This document shows, piece by piece, positions 48,940 through 60,319 of a stretch of 64,000 bases of DNA. Positions within the stretch are counted from its first letter, which is position 1; the number at the start of each line of letters is the position of its first letter. Source of the stretch: Camelus ferus (taxonomy: Eukaryota); NCBI RefSeq assembly GCF_009834535.1, contig NC_045697.1, forward strand, positions 37,574,001 to 37,638,000, given 5' to 3'. A program made the translations under genes and the position numbers. The notes under the pieces were generated by a model, which was not told where the DNA came from, made no database searches, and was given only the letters and a program-made list of their open reading frames with translations.

Positions 48940-49630
48940 TGCATAATGCCTTATTAACATGCATAGAATTCCACATGGCATTGCTTCTGCCCAAGGATCT
49001 CAATTCTCAAAAAAAAATTGTGATATGGGGTTCATACCATGGAATTCACTGGTCTCACCATATATCCTGTCACCCAGGGGCAGCTGGCCTGACAGAAAGT
49101 GGAATGGCCTACGGAAGACTCAGTTACAGCCCAATTTGGGAGAATAACCTGAAGGTCAGAGTTCTAGTTAATCGGATGCCACATATGCTTTGAATCAGTT
49201 TTCAATATGAAGTTCCATTTCTCCCAAAGCCAGAACATCTGGGTCCAGGATCCAGGGTGGAAGTGGGAGCAGCTTTTCTCACTATGACACGTGATATCTA
49301 CTCGGCATGTTTGCTTTCTGTCCCTGAGACTTTGGGTTCTTCTGATCCGCTCCGAGATCATTTCCGATTTCATAATGGAGAAATGCTTCTGCCTGGTGAC
49401 ACCAAACTGCTGCACTGATCTATCTGGAAGAGGAGACTGCCAATCGGCCATATGGAGCTCCCCCTCCTGCTGAACTAGCAAGTGAAGAAGGGGGTTTCTG
49501 AGCTGGTTGATCCTGCTTACGTACTGAGACATCAGTTTTCTACGACACAAGAATCTATCTAGAGCTCAAGGGATTCTCCAAGATATTACATAGTACATCC
49601 ATGTCCAACAGTAAAAGATAATGACAATTG
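48940..49630 (+). mobile_element. ERV-L internal remnant: decayed integrase followed by dUTPase
   Basis: Frameshifted peptides HRIPHGIASAQGSQFS / HGIHWSHHISCHPGAAGLTE / WNGLRKTQLQ match the ERV-L integrase core; GEMLLPGDT (49377-49403), WKRRLPIGHMEL (from 49425) and VDPAY (49506-49520) match ERV-L dUTPase. Confidence 0.8.
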
Positions 49631-49763
49631 CTATCATCTATAGCCAAAGCAAGAAGTGATCATTTTTGTATGGAACTTTAAACATGTTTAGAAAGTGTTT
49701 ATAGTAACCAAGGGAGTGAGCTGTGCTCTGAAGCCACCTTTCTATATTCTGCTCAGTCAGTAA

Positions 49764-50216
49764 TGTGAGGGCTGTATCTCGCTTTTGACAGTTGGCTCCT
49801 GGGTATGTTTTGCCAGTAGGGGGCACTAGAGGGATACCAGAAGGCTGGGACTGGGGTCGGATGGGGACCTACTGCTCCTAGAACATTGCCTCATAAGGAC
49901 CCTTCACCCTGGCATTGACCAGGTCCATTCAGCTTCAGCGTTGCCAAAAGCAGCCTCGTTGCATCCTTTTCGAAGTATGAGTGCAGCCAAGTCCCTTTCC
50001 TGGAACATCTATGTTTTGATAATCCCACCTCCTTCCTCTGTTTCCTCAGCCCCAAGAGTAGTTGCAACTTCAGCGGTATGATGCGGGTTACTCCAACGGT
50101 CCCTTTCTGTTTCCTCAGCCCTCTCACACCTGTGTGATCTATTCTCCACCTTAAACTCCTTCTGTTGCCATTTCAATTGTGGCTTCTGTTTCCCTGCCTG
50201 TACCCTGAGCCTCAGA
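49764..50216 (+). mobile_element. ERVL LTR (LTR41-like), probable 3' LTR of the remnant
   Basis: Starts 'tgtgaggg', contains 'ttgccagtagggggcactagaggga', ends 'gcttctgtttccctgcctgtaccctgag', as ERVL LTRs do. Confidence 0.65.
49811..49829 (+). promoter_or_regulatory. CTCF motif
   Basis: TGCCAGTAGGGGGCACTAG closely fits the CTCF core CCRSYAGRKGGCRS. Confidence 0.6.
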
Positions 50217-51229
50217 ATGAAGCTCAAGATTATTGGCCATTTCAGTTATTATCAATCTTTCAGAAAGATTCTTTAAGACATTAAATTACCAAAAAAAAAA
50301 AAAAAAAGAGGGAGGAAACATTTTTAAACAAATTTAACATGGGATTACTATTTTGCAAAAGCCACTACTCAAATTGGAATGGGAGAAGTTCCCGTGAATT
50401 CCTGCTGGAAAACAATTTCATTTTATTAAAAGGTTTTCCTCTTTGTATTTGGAGGTTAAAGAAATGATAGAATTTATTATTCCTCCAAACAAACAATTTC
50501 ACTTATTTTTGGTAAATTGCACTAAATGTAGTTTAATTACTGTGTCCAGAATAGCATTTCACATCTGTGGCCCCCAAAGCTATTATTGCTACAGGCCTGA
50601 GGGACAAAGAAAGAGAGCCCTCTTGTGGCCAATTTAAATACTACAGCCCTTTGCAGTTGAACTTTGATGGTATATTAACGTCCTACCTAAATGAAAGGGA
50701 TCTTTGAACGGAAAGATGTCTTAACAGATCCTGCCTGCATTGCCAAGGAACAGAAGAGAAGCCTCTTCTCCAGAGAAATAATGCCTTGCTTCCTGGCACT
50801 ACACAAATATAATATAAAACACTTATAAACTGTGTAAACAAGGTCATTATTAAATGCCCGATTTTTTAAGGAGTAAGTAGAAGTAGTGAGAATAAGTCTA
50901 AGATCAAAAAAGATGCTCCGAGCCCTTACATGGCAAGGGTCTTAACACAAACCACAGTCATTTCCTTCTGAGCTGGTTACACACACAAGTAAGGACCCAG
51001 GGCGTCACAGTGAGGGAAACTCAATAAATGCAGCAAGAGTCTGATGTGCTGGTGGAATGTGATGAAATATACACATTATCATCTTTGTGGCAGAAGAACC
51101 CAGTGAAGTGCAGTGTTAGAGGCCCCTCAGGACAAGTTGGAAAGAGAGGGGCCACTGGAAGAGGGGAAGCATTTAAGCTTGGCAGTTGGATGGCACTGCG
51201 TTCAAATGCCATCTTAGAACATCCCAGCT

Positions 51230-51545
51230 GTTTGACTTAGGGCAAGTCGTCCAGCCTCTCTGATTCTCAGCTTCCATCTGCAAAATGCCTATAACGACAT
51301 CTGCTTTCAGACAACATAGGGTATAGTAGCTCAGGACACGTGCTTCAGAGCCAAGCTCCCTGGCTTCAAATCCTGACTCTGCCACTTACTGTGTGATCTT
51401 CCACAAGTTGCTTAATCTCTCTGTGCCTAATCCATAAAATAGGATAAAATAGTACTCACCTTGCAGGGTTGTTTTGAAGATTAAATAATTCACTATATAC
51501 AAAACACTTAGATCAGGTATCATGGATGAATTTGCCATCATTAGT
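51230..51545 (+). mobile_element. MIR SINEs (two adjacent)
   Basis: 'ggcttcaaatcctgactctgccacttactgtgtgatcttccacaagttgcttaatctctctgtgcct...gggttgttttgaagattaaat'. Confidence 0.85.
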
Positions 51546-51970
51546 ACTGTTTAATGTACCTTAGGATGCCTTGCAAGTGGTAAACACACAGTAAATGTCA
51601 GCTTTATTATTGGCTGTAAGTCCTCATGGACAATTTACTTGTTGTGTATTCCCTACCTGCTTCTTTTTCTATTAAGAAGAGTCATGTGAAATTGACATTT
51701 TGGTAGGTGAGAAATATTTGAATGTAGTAATTTCTTGGTTTAATAGAATATAGACCAATGGTTGTCACCAGGTCACATGGAATGTTATTGGCAAGCACCT
51801 AAGATGGAGGAATAGAGTAGAGCTCTCTGTCCACATTCACGGCCCTGGGCCCAGGAGCCCCTGCCTCACCTGCAAGGACAAATCCATTGAGCAGAATTAG
51901 TGAGACTCAGTCCCCTAGCTCCTGTGCTAACCCCTGGAAAGGAGGAGGAGGAGGTGATGAGTGGGGCATC

Positions 51971-52420
51971 TGTACCAGTTAGAGCCTGGTCAGGAAAACA
52001 GAACCCGTTCCAGGTGGTTTTATAGAGGGAACTTAATAAAGGTGTTAGAAAAGTTTAAAGTCCACACAGGGGACACTGAAGCAACCCAGAGATTAGCATC
52101 AGCAGGGAGAAGCTGCACCCCTGACTGCGGGAGGGACAAAGGGCAGAGGGGCTTTGCCAGAGCCAGAGCCAGGGCCCCCGCAGGAAAAGGAACCCTGCAG
52201 GGCTGCCCCCACCCAAAGCAGAGAGGAAGGAGGGGGAATCTCCCTCCCTTCTGCTCCTGGGTCTCCTGTCAGTGCCTCCCCAGCCCTCAACCTCATCATT
52301 GTCCATCGGCAGAGGGGCCCCAGGCATGGAGTTCTCAAGGACAAGCTCCTTGAACACAGAGAAGAGCAGGAAACAAAGACAGAAATGGGTGGGAGAGCAG
52401 CGAGGCAGTGCCTGTCTGGA
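51971..52420 (-). mobile_element. Old ERVL-class LTR
   Basis: 'tgtaccagttagagcctggtcaggaaaacagaacc' is the reverse of a typical ERVL LTR 3' terminus; right boundary approximate. Confidence 0.55.
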
Positions 52421-52914
52421 GAAGCACGGAGGAGAAAGAAGTGGGGAGAATGGGAGGTGGCAGGACCACGATGTAAAATCCAGTGGCCACCACTTTGTCT
52501 CTGAGGCCTCAGCGTCTTCATAACCCAACGGAGGTTGAGTCCTGACACTTAGCCACTCTAGCCAGGTAATCCCATATCAAAACTGTGGGAACCACAGTGA
52601 TCTGTCTTCGGTGACTTCGTAAGATGGAGAGGGCGTGAGCAACCCAGCCAGGTATGTTCTGGGGACCTTGGGTTGACTTGTGACCTCCGGGCAGAGAGGT
52701 TAAAGTCCTGCCCTGCACGTTCTTGGCCTCCATCCTTTTCTCCCGGTGCCAGGTCCAGCGGCTAGGACTTCAGGAAGAGACGCCTCATCTTAGAAGTGAC
52801 CTCCTCCGAGGCTACGGAAACAAGCCAACAGAGCTTGTGGTGGCGGGAGGGACTGCAGGAACAGGGAGGGGCGCTAGTGGAGACGCTGGGTAAAGTCTTT
52901 ACTTAATCGGACCC

Positions 52915-53050
52915 ATGTTAATTTCGTAAGTTTCAACAAACGTACTGTGGGTATGTTAGGGGTGAACATTGGAGGAAGCTGGGTGAAGGGTATATGGGGA
53001 CGTTCTGTACTATTTTCTCTTTTGTAAATTTAAATTTTTTTTTAAAAAAA
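52915..53050 (+). mobile_element. Old L1 3' end
   Basis: 'aacattggaggaagctgggtgaagggtatatgggga...ctgtactatttt...tgtaaatttaaa'. Confidence 0.8.
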
Positions 53051-53693
53051 GCTTTTTATTACCTCCTCCAGGATGGCTTCTTCCATTAGCTTCCCCAGGT
53101 AGCTCCAGCTAACAACGAGGCGCCACCAAGGGCAGTGACCCCTTCCCCCAGCCCCTGTAACACCAGTAAACACATCCGTGGGAGTGTCAGAAAGACGGTA
53201 TCTGGGAAAGACTTCTGTAGGGACTTTTTATTACTGGCCAGAAGCATGACTTCATTAACAGTAGCCTACGCCAAAGAACACGGTTCACACTGACGTTGCT
53301 GGCACAACCACGTCGTTACTCTCATCGACGGGTCTTGTTATACACCCTCCAGCTAAGGCAATGAACTGGGTGATGTTCAAATTTGATGGACAAAGTTCAT
53401 GCCCTAAAGAAGCTCTTTCTCCAGACCAGTTGTGGTACTGGGTTATCCACAAATGAACTGAGCTTGTATAGAGACTCATCTTTTAACGTTGCCTTACATA
53501 ACTTTTAGAAAAAGTTCTTAGCTACACACGGACATACACATATACACATAGAACAAGTTGAGGAAAGAGGCTGACTCAATAGCACAGAAGTGTGGACTGA
53601 TTTTTTTCTAGTGAGTTGCTCTCACTGTCCTCTATCAAAGTCCCCATTTTCCCACTGGGTGGGGCCGCCCTTTAAGGCACCTTGGTCCAATTC

Positions 53694-53782
53694 TTTTTTT
53701 TTTTTAAATGGAGGTACTGGGGATTGAACCCAGGACCTTGCACATTCTAGGCATGCACTCTGCCGCTAATCTATACCCTCCC
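53694..53782 (-). mobile_element. Camelid tRNA-Ala SINE, short-tail form
   Basis: 'ggaggtactggggattgaacccaggaccttgcacattctaggcatgcactctgccgctaatctataccctccc' preceded by poly-T. Confidence 0.9.
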
Positions 53783-55339
53783 ATTCAGATCTGATTCTAT
53801 AACTTTTAATTTACTTTTGGTAATTACAACAGTTTCATTCTAGTTACCAAGACTTAGTTCTGTGCATTTAAAATTTTCAATATTGTATGCAGTTCAGATC
53901 CACCCCACCCCAGCATAGGCTGGTGTGCCCAGTCCCATGGGCTCTTTCTCTCTCTCTCTGATAGTTACTCCTTTGACATTGGTCTGAAAAGAGAGGCAGG
54001 GGCTGGGGAAAGTCTCCTTTGAGGCTGCTTATGAGGAAGTATGTCTACTCCCTTTCTGTAACCTAGCTTCTAAACGGTAGGCCCACTGTGGGGACAGATG
54101 GAAACTGTAATAGTCCCTGATAAAGGGACGCTTGACCCCATCGACTTCTGACCCACAAATGCTGGCCCCACATCTGCATTCCCGGATGGGATGTGACTCT
54201 TCAGTCTTCACTCTGGCGGTTCCTGGCAAGCCTGTGGCCCCCAGTTCCACATACAGTCTGCAGCCCTCATCCCCAGGCTCGGTCCCTCCAGGCCTCTCAG
54301 AGACCAGCGCCTGAGTGGTCGTCTGCCCTCTTCTCTGCCTGGCTGTGCACTGCTTAGGTCAGAAGAGGTAGCGCAGGAAGCTTGATGGCTGCCAGCCAGG
54401 ACAGGGACTGTCACCCCTTCTTAGGGAGCTCACAGTGCTGTGACTTGGGGGTTGCCTTCTCTGGGCTTTGGGGACAGGAACCACTCCTGCTCACCGCTGG
54501 CCCCCGGGGCAGGCAGAGGTGAGGGGATGGCCTCTCCTTGTTGTGCTCCCCGAAGGAAGCTTGGCCTTGACGTCCAGCTTACACCTCTTGACAGTATAGG
54601 ACCAAACTCTAGTCAGCATCTCTCACCCCTGGAACTGGAGATTCTTACACCAAGAATTATCTTTTATTTGAACTTGGCTTGAGAAAATGCAGAAGTATCT
54701 CCCACCAGGAGACCATCTTCACCGTGTGTAACCCCTGGAGCAGAACAAGATCTCGGTTAGGACCACCCATCAGACTCCGAGGCACATGTGCGTAAATACA
54801 TTCGTACATGAAACAGCTGCCCCTTCCACAGGACTGACCTCTATGGCTCCAAGGACATATTCTTTGAGATGTAATGTGGATGCTATAGATCTGTCCCACC
54901 TTGACATTCCTTTGAACTTCATGAATTCCTTTTTACTCTTTTAACACTGTACTGGCAGGGGATTTGGAAGGCAAAAATGAGCAGTGACTATTTCAAAGCA
55001 CTGTCCACATAAAATCCGGAGGATGGGGGAGGTGCCTCCCCGGGGACCACTCTTTGAGGGAGAGCTGTCCATATCAAAGGACAAAGTACTTGAACAACCC
55101 ATCCCAAATCACAGCTGCCCACTGTCCATCTGGAGCGTCCCCGGAGGACTCCTCTCAACGTCTCCATTCAAGGGCCGCTTGTATTGCTGACTTAACAATT
55201 ATCATCTTCCTGCTTCTCGCCTGTGTGCTTAGACGGTGTTGAAAGGTTCTTGCTGCTCACATTTCTTCTTTCCCTTTGCGTTGCTCTTTTTAGGGATGTA
55301 ACCAGAATGGAGCAACAGGGATCGGGAGGTGGAAAGACT

Positions 55340-55740
55340 CTCTCGAGTTCCATTCATGTTTACGACACTGAATATGTTTTGTTTTTGGAAGCATTTGCGG
55401 ATGGTCCCCTAAGTGCCAAGTGTGAAATAAATACTGAGAGACTAGAATGAAGGAGGCATGGCCCCTGCTTTTCAGGAGCTCGGAGGCTGGCTGGGGAGAT
55501 GGCCACCTGTGAGTGTGTGGCCACCGTGAGTCCAGGGTGTCGGGGAGGGGCCCGCCTGTTGTTCTTGGTGCCAGGATAAGGCTGCAGAAAGGGAATAACT
55601 TATGAGCTGGAGTCTTGAAGGGTGAGGAGCTGAGCGTAGAGGTTGGGGGGAGGCTTCTCTGGAGGCACAGAGAGCAGCTGGACGAGGACTGGAGGGGCAG
55701 GAGCTCATGGCGTGCATAGTGCCAGGCCTGTCTGCCAGAG
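55340..55740 (-). mobile_element. L2 fragment
   Basis: 'ggcatggcccctgcttttcaggagctc...gagctggagtcttgaagggtgaggag'. Confidence 0.65.
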
Positions 55741-55899
55741 CCCAGGGTGAGGCCTTTGGGGATGATTGTCCTGGTAACCATGCATCAGTAGATCCTGAAG
55801 AATAACCTGACTGTCTTGTGTCCAGGCCCCAGGAGTACGGTTGAAACGCTGGAGGACTTGGGAATGGAATTGTCCACGGTGAGTCTCTGGCATTCGTAT

Positions 55900-56140
55900 T
55901 TGTGCTAAACTCTCACTTACATGCCAGGCGGTCCACTAAGCATGCTATATGCGGCAACCTTCGTGAAACCCTCTAATTCCCCTGTGGGTAGGTGTTATGT
56001 GTCCACGACCTCTTTTACAGAGGAGGAAACAGGTTTAGCAATTTAAATAATTTTATCAAAACTGTACAGCAAATATGCAACAGAGCCAGGTTTTGAGGTC
56101 AGGTGAATATGAGTCCAGCTCTCCTGTTCTCAACCACTTT
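55900..56140 (-). mobile_element. MIR SINE
   Basis: 'cttacatgccaggc...ttttacagaggaggaaacagg...cagagccaggttttgag...ctcctgttctcaaccact'. Confidence 0.75.
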
Positions 56141-56834
56141 GCCTTTGTAAGGGGAGTCGTGGGGCATGGTCTTCCACTGATGAATCCGTGTTGTGATTTA
56201 TCTCAATTTTACAGCCCAAATCGTATTTTGGAGACGCCAGGACTCCTGCTAATCAGGATCGGGGAACTTTATCCAATATCACACATGGGATTAATTACCT
56301 TCAGCTTAGATAAGGAGTGCCTCTCTTAAGGAACAGGAAGATTAAGGTTTTTAATTTGGGAGAGTGATAGCAACTTATCTCAGATCAGCAGGGGGTCTCC
56401 AGGAAGGAGGCCTGGACATTCCTAAGGCAGAGCTCCCCGTTCGCCAGGCTTCCCCGTCTCTATTCCTCTTGCGGGCTGGTACTCCGGTCCCTGCTGCCAA
56501 CAAACAGATGCACATTTAAAGCAGATCGGGGCTGATTAGGACTGTGGTATAAGAGAAAAACAGTTAGTCCCCGCCTTGTAAAGTACTAGACAGAGCCGAG
56601 AATCGGATATCGAAAGGCAGATGCATCCTATCATCAGAGCTTCATTCACCTTGGAATTCAAGCTTTTGCCCCCAAGTCAGGATTTTGATGATCTTGCCAA
56701 GTTCTTACATAGAGTTTTAAATTTTGTTAAATTCAGCTCTTTCAAGCTTAGAATGCTTTACTGAGCGCAGAAGAAAGCTGAGAGTTACAAGGAAAAAAAT
56801 CAGTCTCACCTTTGAATCTTCTTTAGAAAGCCTT

Positions 56835-57140
56835 ATTCATTTATTCATTCATTCATTTCATTCAACAGATTCGGATGGAGAATCTCCACATACCGTGTTA
56901 AGGTGTAATACCAACCGTGAGACCCGATGCTTGCCCTTGAGGAATGTGCGCCCTTTTGGATGAGAAACAGGTGAATAGCCAATTACAGCTCCCCAGTGAC
57001 AAGAGCTACCATTTGTACGCTGTTTTTTTTTTTGTTTGTTTGTTTTAAATGCACATGGGGTGACCACCCAGCAGAGAATATGGTTGAGGAAAGATCATGG
57101 AAGACGTCTTGGAAGTGGTGAAATCTGAGTCCTGAAGGCT
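56835..57140 (-). mobile_element. L2 3' end
   Basis: (TTCA)n-like 'ttcatttattcattcattcatttcattcaaca' followed by degenerate L2 sequence. Confidence 0.65.
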
Positions 57141-58269
57141 CAATCTTCAGGAGCATTTAACTCACACGTTAGTCAATCCTCCCTTAAAACCTGTAAAACC
57201 AAATTGTGTGCCCATGCACGTACCTGGACAATAAAAACATACACAATATTGGTAACAGGTTATGGGCAATTTCACTTTCAAAGCAAAGATCAAAAAGAAC
57301 ACGCAATACAGTGGAACACATAACGAAATAGACTCTCACATTAGGGAGGAGGAAAGCTTAGCATGTGTGGTCTCTTCTGGTGCAGCAGTCATTTCAAAGT
57401 CGGACGCTAGGTGGTGGTCTTTACATAGTTTGCTATTTCTGCCATCGCCTGGAAAGAGCCAGCCAGCGAACGTTCACCCTTTCCAGGAAATGCAAAACTC
57501 TGACTACAGGCATCGTGAAAGTAATTTTATAGGAAGGAATAATGCCTTTCATGGTGCCCTGTCCCTACAATGAACAATAAGTTTATCTTACGTTAAAGCA
57601 AATATATTCTTGAAGACAGTCTCATCTGCGATAATGTAGACCACCAGAAGGACAGATTCTCCCCCGCCCTTTCAGCCAAGCTGTTTAGTAAAGGCAGCAA
57701 AATGCCTCTGGATAATGGAGCCAGGACTTCATATTCAAGAGTCCCCAGGCAACCATGACCTATCCCTCAACTTCACAGTCTCCAAGGAGGAGAAGCTTGC
57801 ATCTTGGGAGAAGTTGTTAGAAAACTTCAGCACCCACGTCGCCTTGATACAAAATGCCTGCCTCCCCCTCCGTTAGTAGAAAAATGCTTTACTAGAGTAT
57901 TAGAGGCACTATACAGAGCACGTTAAGCTCCTTGAATTAAAGGAATTATGAGAATACCAGATGTTAGCAGTGAGTCTCGAAGATGACAAGGATAAGGGGA
58001 CACCTAACCTCTTAAAGCCATTCTCATAAGATGTCAAGACTGTGATAGCACAAGGGGAAAAGGAACAAGGAGACAGTTACAACTGAGAGTATTTTAGGCA
58101 AACAGGTACATTATAGGGGAGGGGTATGTAGATTTCATTTATTATAGTAAAAGGAATGGAAAATTTTTTTGATGTTGAAAACTAGAAGTCAGTAAGACGC
58201 TAGGCAGGAATAGAAAAGGAGAAAATGATTTACTCTTGATAATATTTTAGGAAAACAGGTCATTTATAT

Positions 58270-58602
58270 CCGGTTTCCAAACACTGGTCTCAGAACCAGT
58301 CCTGATCCATGACAAGGCTGCACTGGTCTGTGAGGAAATGAGAGAAAGAAGGACATTGTAAAGGGTTTTCAAAAAGCAAAATATGTTGAATTTACAGAAT
58401 TTGCTTTCACTCTTAGACTAGATCTTTTCTATCTTTCTAAAGTGAAGAAAAGCCTTTCTTCTGTGAGGATCACCATAGAGCTGTTTGTGTGTTACTTTGT
58501 TGTTTTGTTGTTAGTGTTAATGACACCCACTCTGTGGGTCCTGAAATGTGGTTTTGGAAATGTCACTGGTCTGAGAAATTCAGAGGGATGAGGACTGCTG
58601 AA
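58270..58602. mobile_element. hAT-Charlie DNA transposon fragment
   Basis: TIR-like 'cggtttccaaacactggtctcag' and 'cactggtctgagaaattcagagggatgaggactgctg'. Confidence 0.45.
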
Positions 58603-60319
58603 TCAATAGCCCACTGGAGAGACAGATAGCCAGGTGTTATTCACAGGTTTGTTCAACTCGTTTCGGCCTCCTGTGGGCCAGGCCCTGTGCTGGGCCATGG
58701 GGGGTGAGCAGCGGGCCAGACTGGCATGGCCCCATCCATCCGTGACACCCCTGGTGCAGCTGCAGGAACAGATAAAGTGCTGAGGAGGCTGGAAGGAAGG
58801 AGCCTATGAAGGCTGACGGCATATGAGTCTTGTAATTGCACATAGGATCATTTTTAATATCTTACATAAAGTTTAGCGCTCTGTTTCTTAAAAGTCATCT
58901 TGAGATGAACAACATTTCTCTCCTGCAACAGTCGAGTAAGTGGAGGTTACTATTGAGTTACTTAGGAGACACGTCTCCATCCCCGCTCGATAGTTGCCAG
59001 GCTCTCTCTCCAACTCTGCACTGAGTCTGAGTCCTGCTCCCTATACAGTCCCCACAAAAGGCATCCATCTAAAGACGGAGCCCCAGAGTTCGCCTACTGA
59101 ATATCCACACCTGTCCTGAAAGGTAGGCCGGGAAGATCTAGGCGCAGACAGGAGGTTTCTCACCACGCCGTGGAAGGAGGAAAAGTCCGTTTATGAGATC
59201 TGTGATCACTCTGCTTTCCGATGTGTGCAGACATCCCCGAGGGACATTTTGAGACTCTTGGGATCATTGCCTTATATTTGGAACTCATGCCAGCTACTCT
59301 CTGGGTCTCCAGTCTTCCACGGTCAAATCAGCAGGAGGATTTTAGGATGGAGAAGTTTGATAGAACCTGACAGCACTTGTGCTGGTTTCCATGGTGACAT
59401 GCGGAGTACTTACTGGTCCTCAAAGACCAATAACATGAATAATTAAAATAAATTATTACAGGGCTGCATAGACTAGAATATAGGGGTCTGAGTTAAGAAA
59501 AATTTTTAAATCCTCTGCTTCTGAAACAGAAGTAATAGATACAGATACCTAAAAGGAGGCTTAAGAGTAATGTGTAGTAGTTTTCTTTATACAAAAATCA
59601 AAACAGACAGAGATTGGCTATAAATATTTATAAATCAGAGAATTGTTTCAATGCATTACCTGGAGCCTGACTTTACAAGATTTTCAGGCCCTTTAGGGAA
59701 GTATTACAGTACAAATACAACCTAATTAATTCTTTCACTATGACTTAGTTCCCTTAACTATGCACCTGTGTGCCTTGCTTTATGCTTTTAATTCACTTAT
59801 ATCTACAATATACCTTTTAGCCCGAATCCATCTGGCCAGCTTGGGCCCCTCTGAACCAGTGTGGGCTGCCAGCAGCCGTGAACGGTGGTGAGTGGTGTCC
59901 TCAGCACCACGTTGCATCTGCAGAATTTGGTCCAGAGGCGTCCCTCCTATATCTCTAGATGCCCTGGCTGGATCCCACAGATCAACTTTGCACACATCTC
60001 TGTTCACGACTATGTGGAAGTCACTGTGGTCCTGGCACCTGACAAGGTAAACAGGATTCCCTAACTGCTCATCCACCTCTGACCACCCAGCCTCCACACT
60101 CTCCTTCTGCCTGGCCTCTTCCATGCGTAGATCTGTCCCAATGCCCCTTTCCAATTATTTCTTCCATAAGCAATTTCCCAGAGGCCAGCCGTGTATGGTA
60201 AGTCCTGGGACCACCTTCTTTGAGACCACCCTTAAGACAGCCTCACCAGACACCGACTGGCGCAGCAGGAGGGTCTGGATCAGAGTCACCCTCCACTTTG
60301 ATTCCTTCCCACCTTCCTC

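Noticed and set aside
48939..49630. Domesticated or functional ERV-L integrase/dUTPase gene
   Set aside because: Multiple frameshifts and stops, and the conserved SDQG aspartate reads as SAQG.
51961..52548. Overlapping 116-157 aa ORFs on both strands
   Set aside because: They lie in a GC-rich old LTR where stop codons are scarce; no homology recognised.
53361..53400. Hairpin atgaact...agttcat as a possible miRNA precursor
   Set aside because: The stem is short and bulged, well below pre-miRNA length, and matches no family I recognise.
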